Of a stretch of 64,000 nt of DNA, positions 26,485-36,253 are shown piece by piece. How positions within the stretch are numbered: position 1 is the stretch's first letter; each line of letters starts with the position of its first letter. A model generated the notes under the pieces. It ran no database searches, was not told the origin of the DNA, and saw nothing but the letters and a program-made list of their open reading frames with translations. This stretch comes from Akkermansiaceae bacterium (GTDB lineage: Bacteria > Verrucomicrobiota > Verrucomicrobiia > Verrucomicrobiales > Akkermansiaceae): contig JBPOGF010000001.1 of the NCBI GenBank assembly GCA_051251915.1, forward strand, positions 320,001-384,000, written 5' to 3'. The position numbers and the translations under genes were made by a program.

Positions 26485-27306
26485 TTATGGTGTGATACTA
26501 GATGCTAGGATGGTGGCGCTGCGCTCATTTTTTTTGACTAAGTTTTTGCCGAGGCTTGATTGTGGGAAGTCGACGGTGAGGGTGGGGGATTTGCGGAATG
26601 TTGGTTTTTGGGCAGCGCTGTTGACTGCGAAGAATGCGGTTTCAGGGATTTTGATGGTTCCTGTTTTAATTCTACCGCCCCAGGGGTCGATGTATTTGAC
26701 TTCGAATGATGTTGCTCCGGGAGGTAGGGTTCCTGGGATTTCGTAGAGGACGACGAAGTGGCCATGGACTTGGCGCCATCTGCTACCGCGCTGAGCGAAT
26801 CTTTTTACGCTTATGAGTGGAGGGAAGCCTTTCTGGAGTGATTTGACAAGATGCTTGTGGGTGTTTGTGAGGAGTGCTGTGTGGTCTTTGTCGGGTTTGA
26901 GGAAGTGGGTGGTGTGCTTGAGTTTGGGGAGGGAGAGCTTGCGACGGGTTTGGAAGTCGTTGGCTAGATCTGTGAGGTCGAGGCCGTTGATGCCTGAGCG
27001 TGCATCGTAACGCATGCTGGCGCGGGCATATCTGGAGAAGATTTTGCCGTAGTATCTGACGAGGAAGTCAAATTGTTCTTTATCGGTGTCGCCGACAATT
27101 TTTTGAGTGGCGGCGTTCCATTTTGCGGAACCGAAGCGGTAGGCATTGATGAGTGATGCTGGGCCGCAGCCGTTTTTCTGGATGTAGATTTGGTTTAGAG
27201 CTTTTGCTTCAGGGTTAGGTGCTATTAGAGGACCTTGAACTGTGCTGCAACTGCTGGAGGTGGTGACGATAGAAAAGTAGAGCAGGATGACTGATAGTCT
27301 GAGCAT
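26485..27306 (-). CDS. Secreted papain-fold (C39-like) cysteine peptidase candidate
   Basis: Q-KNGCGPASL, GHFVVL, YIDPW give a Cys-His-Asp order; a signal peptide begins at ATG 27306 (MLRLSVILL). Confidence 0.6.
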   Translation of the reverse strand: MLRLSVILLYFSIVTTSSSCSTVQGPLIAPNPEAKALNQIYIQKNGCGPASLINAYRFGSAKWNAATQKIVGDTDKEQFDFLVRYYGKIFSRYARASMRYDARSGINGLDLTDLANDFQTRRKLSLPKLKHTTHFLKPDKDHTALLTNTHKHLVKSLQKGFPPLISVKRFAQRGSRWRQVHGHFVVLYEIPGTLPPGATSFEVKYIDPWGGRIKTGTIKIPETAFFAVNSAAQKPTFRKSPTLTVDFPQSSLGKNLVKKNERSATILASSITP

Positions 27307-27466
27307 GCTGAGATCTTGTGTGTGAATAGGTGGTTTGACAATACTGGAGGAAAAAATAATTTGGTGGGGATGGTGGTTGTGATGTTTTAGAACATTTTGG
27401 GTATGTGTTATTTTGGAGAAATAGTGCTTTCTTTCGTTGGGGGATGGATTAGAAATGTGGGACACG

Positions 27467-29491
27467 ATGATTTCTATAAGCGATGGACATGACGGGGGAG
27501 GAAACTCTGGGGTAAAGTTATCCCAAGAGATAGAGGATGTGTTTTCAGGGACTGGCTTGCTTTCGAAGTCGCCGGACTTTTCATATAGACCGCAGCAGCA
27601 GGATATGGCTGTGGCTGTGGCGGAGACTCTAGAGGATACGGGGGTGCTTTCTGTTGAGGCGGGGACTGGGGTTGGGAAATCATTGGCGTATTTGATACCT
27701 GCGGTGAAATTTGCGGTGGCGAATGATAGGAAGGCGGTGATCTCGACGCATACGATTAATTTGCAGGAGCAGTTGGTGAGTAAAGATTTGCCGATTGTGA
27801 AGAAGTTGTTGAAGTTGGATTTTGATGCTGTTTTGCTGAAGGGTAGGGGGAATTTTGTTTGTCCAGCTAGGTTGAGGCGGGCGATGGAGAGGCCTAGGGA
27901 TTTGTTTTCAATTAGTGAGACGGAGGAGCTGCGGGCGATTTATGATTGGGCTGAGGAGACGCTGGATGGAAGCTTGAGCGATATGGATTTCCAGCCGAGT
28001 TCGAAGGTGTGGAGTCAAGTTTGTAGTGAGGCGCATGTGTGCACGAGGAAGTCTTGTGGGCGTGGGGATGCTTGTTTTTATCAGAATGTGAGGAAGCGGG
28101 CGGAGAAGGCTGAGGTGATAGTGGTGAATCATACGTTATTTTTTACGTTGTTTGCTGCGGAGGTGGAGAGTTTGGAGTTGGGTGAGGCTGGGAATGGTGG
28201 GTATATTTTTGCGAATGATTTTGCGATTTTGGATGAGGCTCATACTTTGGAGGATGTGGCTGCGAAGCAGTTGGGGATGAGGTTGAGCCATGCGGGTATG
28301 AGATTTGATGTGCAGCGGCTTTATAATCCGAAGACGAAGCGAGGGTTGCTGAAGACGATGCGGAATGGTGAGGGGATGCAGTGTGCGGAGGAGTTACTAG
28401 ATGTGGCGGAGGCGTTTTTTGAGGAGGTGGGCGAGGTAGTGGAGTTTGGTCAGTTTTCGCGGGAGTTTAGGGTGAGGCAGGCAGAGCTGGTGGATAATAG
28501 TTTGGCGTTGCCGTTGCGGAATTTCTGGACGGCTGTGGAGGAGGCTGCGGAGGATCTGGAGAAGGATAGTGCGGTGAGGAATGAGTTGATGGATGGGGCG
28601 CGGAGGATGCGTGAGATGCATGGGAGTCTGAAGTTGTTTTTGGATCAAGATGATGAGGAGAGTGTTTACTGGGTGGAGAAGAGTGGGAGGGATGGTGAGA
28701 ACTTGGTGTTGCAGTCTGCTCCTATTAATGTGGCTGATAGGTTGAGGGAGACGATGTTTGGTAAGGGGAAGACGTGTGTGCTTACGAGTGCTACGTTGGG
28801 TGCTGGGGATGATGATTTGGGTTATTTCCGTAGGAGGGTGGGTGCTGAGAAGAGCAGGGCGCTTAAGATAGGGAGTCCGTTCGACTATGAGAAACAGATG
28901 CAGATCTATGTGATGAAGGCGATGCCTGATCCGGGGACGGAGAAGTATGAGTCTGCGTTGGTGCACTGGATAGAGCGGGTTCTTAAATACACTGAGGGTA
29001 AGGCATTTGTGCTATTTACCAGTTATAGGGTGATGAGGAATGTGGCGGAGGCGATGGAAGAATATTTTGATGAGATGGGCTGGAGGCTTCTGGTGCAGGG
29101 GGATGGGATGCCGAGACACCAGATGGTGGATGTTTTCCGCGAGGATGTGCATAGTGTGCTGTTTGGGACGGATAGTTTCTGGGCTGGGGTGGATGTGCCT
29201 GGTGAGAGTTTGTCCAATGTGATAGTGACGAGGTTGCCGTTTAGTGTGCCTGATCATCCGTTGGTGGCTTGTAAGATAGAGGAGATAGAGGCTAATGGGG
29301 GGAATGCGTTTATGGAATATTCTGTGCCTGAGGCTGTGATTAAGTTGCGGCAGGGGGTGGGGAGATTGATCCGTAGTGAGAAAGACAGTGGATTGGTAGT
29401 GATTTTGGATAATAGGGTGGTGACGAAGCGTTATGGGAAGATGTTTTTAGATGCCTTGCCTCCTGCGCCGGTGAAGATTGTGAAGGAGTAG
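27467..29491 (+). CDS. DinG/YoaA-family ATP-dependent DNA helicase
   Basis: Q motif RPQQ, EAGTGVGKS, Fe-S Cys residues, DEAH, FWAGVDVPG, QGVGRLIR. Confidence 0.92.
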   Translation: MISISDGHDGGGNSGVKLSQEIEDVFSGTGLLSKSPDFSYRPQQQDMAVAVAETLEDTGVLSVEAGTGVGKSLAYLIPAVKFAVANDRKAVISTHTINLQEQLVSKDLPIVKKLLKLDFDAVLLKGRGNFVCPARLRRAMERPRDLFSISETEELRAIYDWAEETLDGSLSDMDFQPSSKVWSQVCSEAHVCTRKSCGRGDACFYQNVRKRAEKAEVIVVNHTLFFTLFAAEVESLELGEAGNGGYIFANDFAILDEAHTLEDVAAKQLGMRLSHAGMRFDVQRLYNPKTKRGLLKTMRNGEGMQCAEELLDVAEAFFEEVGEVVEFGQFSREFRVRQAELVDNSLALPLRNFWTAVEEAAEDLEKDSAVRNELMDGARRMREMHGSLKLFLDQDDEESVYWVEKSGRDGENLVLQSAPINVADRLRETMFGKGKTCVLTSATLGAGDDDLGYFRRRVGAEKSRALKIGSPFDYEKQMQIYVMKAMPDPGTEKYESALVHWIERVLKYTEGKAFVLFTSYRVMRNVAEAMEEYFDEMGWRLLVQGDGMPRHQMVDVFREDVHSVLFGTDSFWAGVDVPGESLSNVIVTRLPFSVPDHPLVACKIEEIEANGGNAFMEYSVPEAVIKLRQGVGRLIRSEKDSGLVVILDNRVVTKRYGKMFLDALPPAPVKIVKE

Positions 29492-29623
29492 GTTTTCGAG
29501 GGGGTTTTTTAAATATGACACTGAATAGTTGTGACAATGTGCTACCTTATGTTGTCTACAGGTGTGGCTGGCAATGGCCTCATCAATAGAGTAAAGAAAA
29601 CAACAACATACATAAATAATTCA

Positions 29624-30124
29624 ATGAAACTAAAAAACATACTAATCATGGCAGGCGTAGCAGCGGCATTCACTTCATGTAAGGAAGTAAAAGAAACAGC
29701 AGCTAGTGCAGCAGAAGCAACTAAGGAAGCAGCTGGTGATGCAGCAGATGCAACGGCAGAGGCGGCAAGCAAAACTGGTGAAGCGATCAAAGATGGCGCA
29801 GCAGTGGCAGCAGAAAAGACTAAGGAAGTAGCTGGTGACACAGTTGAGGCCGTCAAAGACGGTGCGGCAGCAGCGGGAGACAAGGCAGGTGAAGCAGCGG
29901 AGGCAGTTAAGGATGGTGCAGCAGCGGCAGCAGAAAAGACTAAAGAAGTAGCTGGTGACACAGTTGACGCAGTTAAAGACGGTGCATCAAATACTGTTGA
30001 AGGAGCTAAGAAGCTAGGCGAAGGTGCAGCTGACAAAATCAAAGAAGGAGCAAAAGCAACTGGAGACGCTGTGAAAGATGCAGCAGGAGCGGCTAAAGAT
30101 GCTGTTACTCCAGCAGGCGAGTAA
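29624..30124 (+). CDS. Ala/Lys/Asp/Glu-rich LEA-like lipoprotein with internal repeats
   Basis: FTSC lipobox; repeated AVKDGAAAAAEKTKEVAGDTV units. Confidence 0.8.
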   Translation: MKLKNILIMAGVAAAFTSCKEVKETAASAAEATKEAAGDAADATAEAASKTGEAIKDGAAVAAEKTKEVAGDTVEAVKDGAAAAGDKAGEAAEAVKDGAAAAAEKTKEVAGDTVDAVKDGASNTVEGAKKLGEGAADKIKEGAKATGDAVKDAAGAAKDAVTPAGE

Positions 30125-30151
30125 GCTTCCTTTTTAAGAAGAACTTATAAT

Positions 30152-30184
30152 AACCTAGAGGCTGTGAAGGTCTCTAGGTTTTTT
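30152..30184 (+). terminator. Intrinsic terminator
   Basis: AACCTAGAGGC...GTCTCTAGGTT followed by TTTT. Confidence 0.8.
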
Positions 30185-30430
30185 GCGGTTAGATATCTAG
30201 GTTACAAACATGGAGGAATGTTGTAATCGCGAAGATGTGACTTTTTATTCTAGTCTTTTTTCAAGCAAGCGAAGTGGGACTGGAGAAGTTACTAGCTGGT
30301 GGAGCGAGTGGGAAATTTATTATAATTATTCGTGTGTGTGACGAAAAAAGGAGAGTGGGTTGCCGAGAGATCGGTAGCCCGCTCGAATTTTATAGAGATT
30401 TTGTAGCCTGGGATTGACCTTGGTGTTCGT

Positions 30431-31018
30431 TTGAAGAATGGTGTGGGTATGAAAGTAGTTCCAGACATTGTGCTTAGGGAGCATCAGAAAGGGCAGCATT
30501 TGGTAGCGCTAATGAGGGAGGATCTAGATGATAACGATTTGCATGGATTTATCATTGATTTTAATAAGAAGTGGGTGTTGATCCAGAAGGAGTATGATTT
30601 CATCTTTGATGGTTTTCTTTTAGTGAAGCGTGAGTTTATTACGGCGATAAAGCACGGAAGCACACAGAAGTTTCATAAGCGATTGTTTCAGATTGAGGGG
30701 AAGATGTCTGAGGTGGATTTTGAGAAGGTGACAAGCCTTGATGAGGGTGGGGTGTTTGACCTGGAGTCGTTTTTGTTGGACTTAGGGCGAGAGAAGGTGG
30801 TGATTTTAGAGGATGAACGCGAAGATTTGTTTTTGATAGGATTTGTGGAATCGTTGGGGAAGGATGGAGATTTTGAGATAAGGTTTTTTGATGGTGTAGG
30901 AACTCTGGATGATGAGTTGAGTGTGGTCAGCGAGGAAGAATTAACGATCGTGGCTTTTGACTCTAGTTATTGCTTACATTACGAGCGTTATTTCAAGCGT
31001 AAGAGGAAGCGGAGCTAG
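30431..31018 (+). CDS. Hypothetical protein
   Basis: 195-aa ORF (start may be ATG 30449) with a globular, acidic composition. Confidence 0.7.
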   Translation: MKNGVGMKVVPDIVLREHQKGQHLVALMREDLDDNDLHGFIIDFNKKWVLIQKEYDFIFDGFLLVKREFITAIKHGSTQKFHKRLFQIEGKMSEVDFEKVTSLDEGGVFDLESFLLDLGREKVVILEDEREDLFLIGFVESLGKDGDFEIRFFDGVGTLDDELSVVSEEELTIVAFDSSYCLHYERYFKRKRKRS

Positions 31019-31025
31019 AGGTTAC

Positions 31026-31979
31026 TTAGAAGCTTTTAAGGAAGCTGATTAGGCTGAGGCCGTTCTCTAGGAATAGGTTGATCCATTGATAGCAGTAGGC
31101 CTTGAAGGTGATGCCTGAGGGTGAGAGGCAGAGGAGGGTGGCTAGGAGGAGGATGTTGGCTAGGTAGATGACTGTGAGGGAGAAGAATGAGCCATTTTCT
31201 TTGAGGTCTGGTTGGTCACGTGGAATCATCCAGATGGTCCAGGCTAGGTGGAATGTCCAGGTGAAGCCGATGAGGAGATAGAGGATTTCATCGTGGAGAG
31301 GGATGTGGACGAAGAAGCGGGTGATGAAGGAGATGGCTAATATGATGCAGGTCCAGAATGGGATGAAGTAGGGGGAGAGGGCGATAAGGACGTTGGTTTT
31401 ATTGGTGATGACGTAGCCACCGTCTGGAGAAACTTTGAAGCCTGAAATCTTTCCTCCGCAGAGGAAAATGAAGAAAGCGTGTGTGAGTTCGTGACCGAGG
31501 ACGTAGAGGTAGAGGAATTTTTTTCTGAGAAGCTTAGTCCAGAACCATCCGAGCATGAGGAAGCTGCCGATGGCGAAGTAGAGGAAGGCTTCGGCGTGGA
31601 AGAGTTGTTGCCAGAAATTGTTTGATACTGAGTAGACGGTGTTGATCTCAAAGATGGCAACGGTTGAGATGAAGCAGGGGAAGAGGAGAATGACGCCGAG
31701 AATAGTTCTTAGGATGAGATGGATGAAGGGGAGGCTGTAGTCGTCTTCTGATTGTTGGGCGATGGAGGCGTTGAATGATTTTAAGCCGCGTGAAGTGCTG
31801 TTTTTTTGGTTGCTTCTCTTGTGCGCGCGGTTGCTGGCAGAGATGAAGAAACTCAGTAGCCCGCTAGATTTGCGAGAGCCTAGGGTGTTTTTTCTACGTT
31901 TAGCACCACGAGACTGCTTCCGTTTGGAGGCAATGATGCTCGTTCGTTGCTTAGAATTTCTGGTGTTTCGACGTGCCAT
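31026..31979 (-). CDS. Membrane HExxH metallopeptidase-like protein (M50-like) with basic N-terminal extension
   Basis: YVLGHELTHA, IALSPYF, downstream Asp (QPDLK), multiple TMs. Confidence 0.7.
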   Translation of the reverse strand: MARRNTRNSKQRTSIIASKRKQSRGAKRRKNTLGSRKSSGLLSFFISASNRAHKRSNQKNSTSRGLKSFNASIAQQSEDDYSLPFIHLILRTILGVILLFPCFISTVAIFEINTVYSVSNNFWQQLFHAEAFLYFAIGSFLMLGWFWTKLLRKKFLYLYVLGHELTHAFFIFLCGGKISGFKVSPDGGYVITNKTNVLIALSPYFIPFWTCIILAISFITRFFVHIPLHDEILYLLIGFTWTFHLAWTIWMIPRDQPDLKENGSFFSLTVIYLANILLLATLLCLSPSGITFKAYCYQWINLFLENGLSLISFLKSF

Positions 31980-32092
31980 TTACTGGGGTTGTAAAGGATT
32001 AGGGGAAATGAATATCCTTAGTAAATAGCGTATTTATCAACAGATGTCGATATTTAAGATGAATTTAGAATGTTTGAGTTGCTGTGCTATTA

Positions 32093-32959
32093 CTATGAAG
32101 TGGTCTTGAAGCGTTTATTGATGAAGACGACGGCGGTGGCGGGGACTAGCATCCAGAGGCTGTAGATGCCTGGTGCGATGGTCATGGCGTCATTTTTGAG
32201 GATGTCTGCGGCTAGTAGTAGTGCGATGGTGCCGTTTTGGAGGCCTACTTCCATGGTGATGCAGACTCGCTGGGGGAGGTTGAGGTTGGAGAGTTTGGCT
32301 ATAGTGAACCCTAGGAGCATTCCGGCGAGGTTGAGTGTGATGCATGCTGGGCCTGTGAGTATGGCGTATCTGTTCACTGTATCCGCGCCTAACTTGAGGT
32401 ATAGGGCAAGGATGACGAGAGCAAGAACGGTGGCGGAGATGACTCTGACCCAGGGTTCAGCTTTGGCGGCTTTTGCTTTGAGTAAGTGCTTGAGAAACAT
32501 GCCGATGAGGACTGGTAATACTGAGATGATGAAGAGTTTTATGATGGTGGAAAGGACTGGGAGGGAAACGCTAGTTGAGTCTAGCTGTTGCCATGTTAGA
32601 GCCCAGCCAAGAGCAATGGGGATGGTGAATGGTGTGATGAAGCCGATGACGGCGGTGAGGGATACGGATAGGCCTACGTCTCCTTTGGCAAGGAAGGTGA
32701 AGAGGTTAGATGTGACGCCTCCGGGGCATAGTGAAATGATGATGAGTCCTATAGCAAGTGCGCCTGAGAGCTGGAATAGAGATACGGTCGCTATGGCTAG
32801 TAGAGGGAGGAGGATGAGCTGGCAAGAGGCTCCGATGATAAAGGCTTTGGGGTATTTGGCGATGCGTTTGAAGTCTTTGATTTCTAGGCTCATGCCGACG
32901 CCGATCATGACGAGGATGAGTGCTACGGGTAATAGAATGGTTATGATGTGCTCGGCCAT
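32093..32959 (-). CDS. Bile acid:sodium symporter family transporter
   Basis: MIGVGMSL, CPGGVTSN, GDVGLSV, EVGLQN motifs. Confidence 0.92.
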   Translation of the reverse strand: MAEHIITILLPVALILVMIGVGMSLEIKDFKRIAKYPKAFIIGASCQLILLPLLAIATVSLFQLSGALAIGLIIISLCPGGVTSNLFTFLAKGDVGLSVSLTAVIGFITPFTIPIALGWALTWQQLDSTSVSLPVLSTIIKLFIISVLPVLIGMFLKHLLKAKAAKAEPWVRVISATVLALVILALYLKLGADTVNRYAILTGPACITLNLAGMLLGFTIAKLSNLNLPQRVCITMEVGLQNGTIALLLAADILKNDAMTIAPGIYSLWMLVPATAVVFINKRFKTTS

Positions 32960-32985
32960 GAGTTGGGTTGTTAGAGGGCTTTATT

Positions 32986-34044
32986 TTAGGGACTCAACAT
33001 TATGGCTTGTTTGGCGGCATGAGTGAAGCTTTCTTTGCTGGCATCAGCGATTGTGATCTCGCCGGTGGATTTGAGGTAGTTAGAATCTACTTCTCCAGGG
33101 CTACGGTAGCAGAGGTCGTAGTGGGTTTCTAGGACTGATTGTACGAAGTCATTCCATTGCTTGGTATCAATGAGCGTATTCCACTGCTCTACTTGCTTGT
33201 GGCCGCGTAAGGGGATAAGTTTGCTGAGTAGCAGTTTGAGTTTATCTGTGTTTTCTGTGAAGTGGGGGTATTCTTCGAGAAGGATTTTGATTCTTTCTGC
33301 GATGGGTAGTTTCACGTTGATTACGCGGGATCTCTTGAGTGCTTTCCAGAGTGCTGGGGGGCAGTGGATGTTGCCGATACGGTTACTTTCTGCTTCTGTG
33401 AAGATTGGTTTTGTTAGATCGAATTGCTTCATTTGGTGCCAAAGCTGGGTTTCAAACTTTTTTTGTGCAGGTTGTTTGGAGCTTGGAGTTGCGCCTAGTA
33501 GTGAGCCTTTATGGTTAGCTAGGCCTTCTAAGTCTAGGATTTGAGCGCCTTGTTCCTTGATGGATTTGAGTAGGCGTGTTTTTCCTACGCCTGTTAGGCC
33601 TGAGAGAACTTGTAAGTTGAGATTATCTTTTAGGAAAATTTCGTCTGTGTCATCGACGATGAATTTTCTGAAGGCACGGTAGCCGCCAGAAATAACGTGG
33701 GGTTTCCAGCCGATGGACTGGAGGATGAAGGTGAATGATCTGGAGCGCATGCCGCCGCGCCAGCAATAGAGAGCGGGGCGGTAGTCTAAACCATGTTGCA
33801 TCATGTTGTTCTGGATGTGCTCGGAGACATTTGCTGAGATTAGTGCTGCACCAAGTCTTCTGGCCTCGAAGGTGTTTTGTTTGTAGAGGGTTCCTACTTT
33901 GACGCGTTGTTCATCATTTAGAACGGGTAGATTGATGGAGCCAGGGATGTGGTCTAGGGCATACTCTGATGGCGAGCGGACATCGATGATCTCTGAGAAC
34001 TCGGAGAAATCACAAGGAAATGTAATGGTGGATAGTTGTTGCAT
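32986..34044 (-). CDS. mnmH: tRNA 2-selenouridine synthase
   Basis: Rhodanese DVRSPSEY..DHIPG, YCWRGGMRS, P-loop GLTGVGKT, DLEGLANHKGS, EAES.RIG. Confidence 0.93.
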   Translation of the reverse strand: MQQLSTITFPCDFSEFSEIIDVRSPSEYALDHIPGSINLPVLNDEQRVKVGTLYKQNTFEARRLGAALISANVSEHIQNNMMQHGLDYRPALYCWRGGMRSRSFTFILQSIGWKPHVISGGYRAFRKFIVDDTDEIFLKDNLNLQVLSGLTGVGKTRLLKSIKEQGAQILDLEGLANHKGSLLGATPSSKQPAQKKFETQLWHQMKQFDLTKPIFTEAESNRIGNIHCPPALWKALKRSRVINVKLPIAERIKILLEEYPHFTENTDKLKLLLSKLIPLRGHKQVEQWNTLIDTKQWNDFVQSVLETHYDLCYRSPGEVDSNYLKSTGEITIADASKESFTHAAKQAIMLSP

Positions 34045-34163
34045 GTTGATAACTTTATCACTGTGGCTTATTCTGTGATCGGCTCCCATAAAAAAATGGT
34101 TTTTATGGGGATGGTTGTCATATTTGGCTTTTTTGAATGATGGAAAGGTAATAGGACTTGGTC

Positions 34164-35837
34164 ATGACAGATATTGATATAGCCCAGAAAGCAGTATTGC
34201 AACGAATAGCGCCGTTGGCGCAGGAGAAGCTTGGGATATCTGATGAGCATTTGGAGCCTTATGGGCATTTTAAAGCGAAGCTTTCTTTGGAGTATATTGA
34301 TTCCTTGAAATCAAAGCCAGATGGGAAATTGATTCTGGTGACTGCGATTAGTCCGACTCCGGCGGGAGAGGGAAAGACTACGACATCGGTGGGGTTGACG
34401 GATGGTTTGAATAAGATTGGTAAGAAAGCTGTGGTTTGTCTAAGGGAGCCTTCTTTGGGGCCGTGTTTTGGAATGAAGGGTGGAGCTGCTGGTGGGGGGT
34501 ATGCTCAGGTGGTGCCTATGGAGGATATAAATCTGCATTTTACGGGGGATTTTCATGCGATTGGGTTGGCGAACAATTTGTTGGCGGCGTTGATCGATAA
34601 TCATATTCATCATGGGAATAAGTTAGAGATCGATGTTAGGAGAGTGGTATGGAAGCGGGTGGTGGATATGAATGATAGGGCGCTGCGTGAGGTGACTGTT
34701 GCGTTAGGGGGGATGGGGAATGGGTATCCGAGAACTGATGGGTTTGATATTGTGGTGGCTAGTGAGGTGATGGCGATTTTCTGTTTGTCAACTAGTGTGG
34801 AGGAGATGAAGGAGAAGTTGGGTAATATTATTGTGGCTTATTCGAGGGGACGGAAGGCTGTTAGGGCGCGTGATCTGAATGCTCATGGTGCGATGACTGT
34901 GCTGCTGAAGGATGCATTTAAACCAAATTTGGTGCAGACTTTGGAGGGTAATATGGCGTTTGTTCATGGTGGGCCGTTTGCGAATATTGCGCATGGGTGT
35001 AGTTCTGTGATTGCAACTAAGACGGCGTTGAAGCTGGCGGATTATGTGGTTACTGAGGCTGGTTTTGGTGCGGATCTGGGGGCTGAGAAATTTGTGAATA
35101 TTAAGTGTAGGAAGTCGGGCTTGAAGCCTGATGCATCCGTTGTGGTGGCTACGATTAGGGCGCTGAAGTATCACGGTGGGGCTAAGCTGGAATCGCTGGA
35201 GGAGGAGAATCTGGGTGCGCTGGAGGATGGGTTGAAGAATCTGGAACGTCATGTGAGGAATGTGCGAGAAAACTTTGGGCTTCCTTGTGTGGTGGCGATT
35301 AATAAATTTACTTTTGACACGCAGGCGGAGATTGATCTGGTGACTAATAAGTTGGCACATTTACAGGCGAAGGTGGTTCTTGCGGATCATTGGGCGCATG
35401 GGGGAGCTGGGGCGGAGGTTTTGGCACGGGAGGTGGTGGAGACGCTGGAGTCTACGCCGGCTGATTTTAGATTTATTTATGATGATGAGACTCCGCTGTG
35501 GGAGAAGATGGAGGCGGTAGCGAAGAAAATCTATGGAGCTGGAAGGATAGAGGCAGATTCTAAGGTGCGAAAGCAGATCAATAAGCTGCAGAAGGATGGC
35601 TTTGGGGCTTATCCGATATGTGTGGCGAAGACGCAGTATAGTTTCTCGACTAATCCGAAGTTGTTGGGTGCGCCTGAAGATCATGTGGTGAAGGTGCGTG
35701 AGGTTAGGCTGTCGGCAGGTGCTGAGTTTGTGGTGATGATCTGTGGTGACATTATGACGATGCCTGGGCTTCCCAAAATCCCTGCAGCTGATAGGATAGA
35801 TATTGACGCTGACGGTAAGGTTGTTGGCTTATTTTAA
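34164..35837 (+). CDS. fhs: Formate--tetrahydrofolate ligase
   Basis: [54 protein letters not shown]. Confidence 0.97.
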   Translation: MTDIDIAQKAVLQRIAPLAQEKLGISDEHLEPYGHFKAKLSLEYIDSLKSKPDGKLILVTAISPTPAGEGKTTTSVGLTDGLNKIGKKAVVCLREPSLGPCFGMKGGAAGGGYAQVVPMEDINLHFTGDFHAIGLANNLLAALIDNHIHHGNKLEIDVRRVVWKRVVDMNDRALREVTVALGGMGNGYPRTDGFDIVVASEVMAIFCLSTSVEEMKEKLGNIIVAYSRGRKAVRARDLNAHGAMTVLLKDAFKPNLVQTLEGNMAFVHGGPFANIAHGCSSVIATKTALKLADYVVTEAGFGADLGAEKFVNIKCRKSGLKPDASVVVATIRALKYHGGAKLESLEEENLGALEDGLKNLERHVRNVRENFGLPCVVAINKFTFDTQAEIDLVTNKLAHLQAKVVLADHWAHGGAGAEVLAREVVETLESTPADFRFIYDDETPLWEKMEAVAKKIYGAGRIEADSKVRKQINKLQKDGFGAYPICVAKTQYSFSTNPKLLGAPEDHVVKVREVRLSAGAEFVVMICGDIMTMPGLPKIPAADRIDIDADGKVVGLF

Positions 35838-35872
35838 CTTAAACTATTTAAAATCTTAAACATCAAACTATT

Positions 35873-36172
35873 ATGCAACATCACGTATATTTCTGGCTCA
35901 AAGAGGAGCACAAGACGGACGCATCACGCGCAGAATTCGAGAAGGGTTTAGACCTTTGTAAAAATGTACCTAGCGTAGCTGGTGGTGACTGGGGTGTCTC
36001 AGCTGCTACACCTGAGCGCCCGGTGACTGATAAGTCATGGGATTATTCACTTTATCTGAGTTTTGATAGTGTTGAGGATCACAATGCTTATCAGGTGCAT
36101 CCAGATCATGATGTGTTTGTGAATACGTGCAAAGATTATTGGGAGAAGGTGACTATTATGGATGTGGAGTAG
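35873..36172 (+). CDS. Dabb (stress-responsive A/B barrel) family protein
   Basis: HHVYFWLK...YQVHPDH..FV pattern. Confidence 0.85.
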   Translation: MQHHVYFWLKEEHKTDASRAEFEKGLDLCKNVPSVAGGDWGVSAATPERPVTDKSWDYSLYLSFDSVEDHNAYQVHPDHDVFVNTCKDYWEKVTIMDVE

Positions 36173-36253
36173 TGAAATTTTGAGGGTTGAGTGAGGTGTT
36201 TTAAAAAAATAAAATTGCTCACTCGACCTTTCGTATAATTTGAATATAAGCGC

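Noticed and set aside
32166..33026. 286-aa + strand ORF
   Set aside because: Antisense shadow of the bile acid:sodium symporter, with no independent motifs.
32986..34089. Selenium utilisation island or selenocysteine recoding
   Set aside because: Only mnmH is present; no selD/selAB or in-frame TGA candidate seen in the window.
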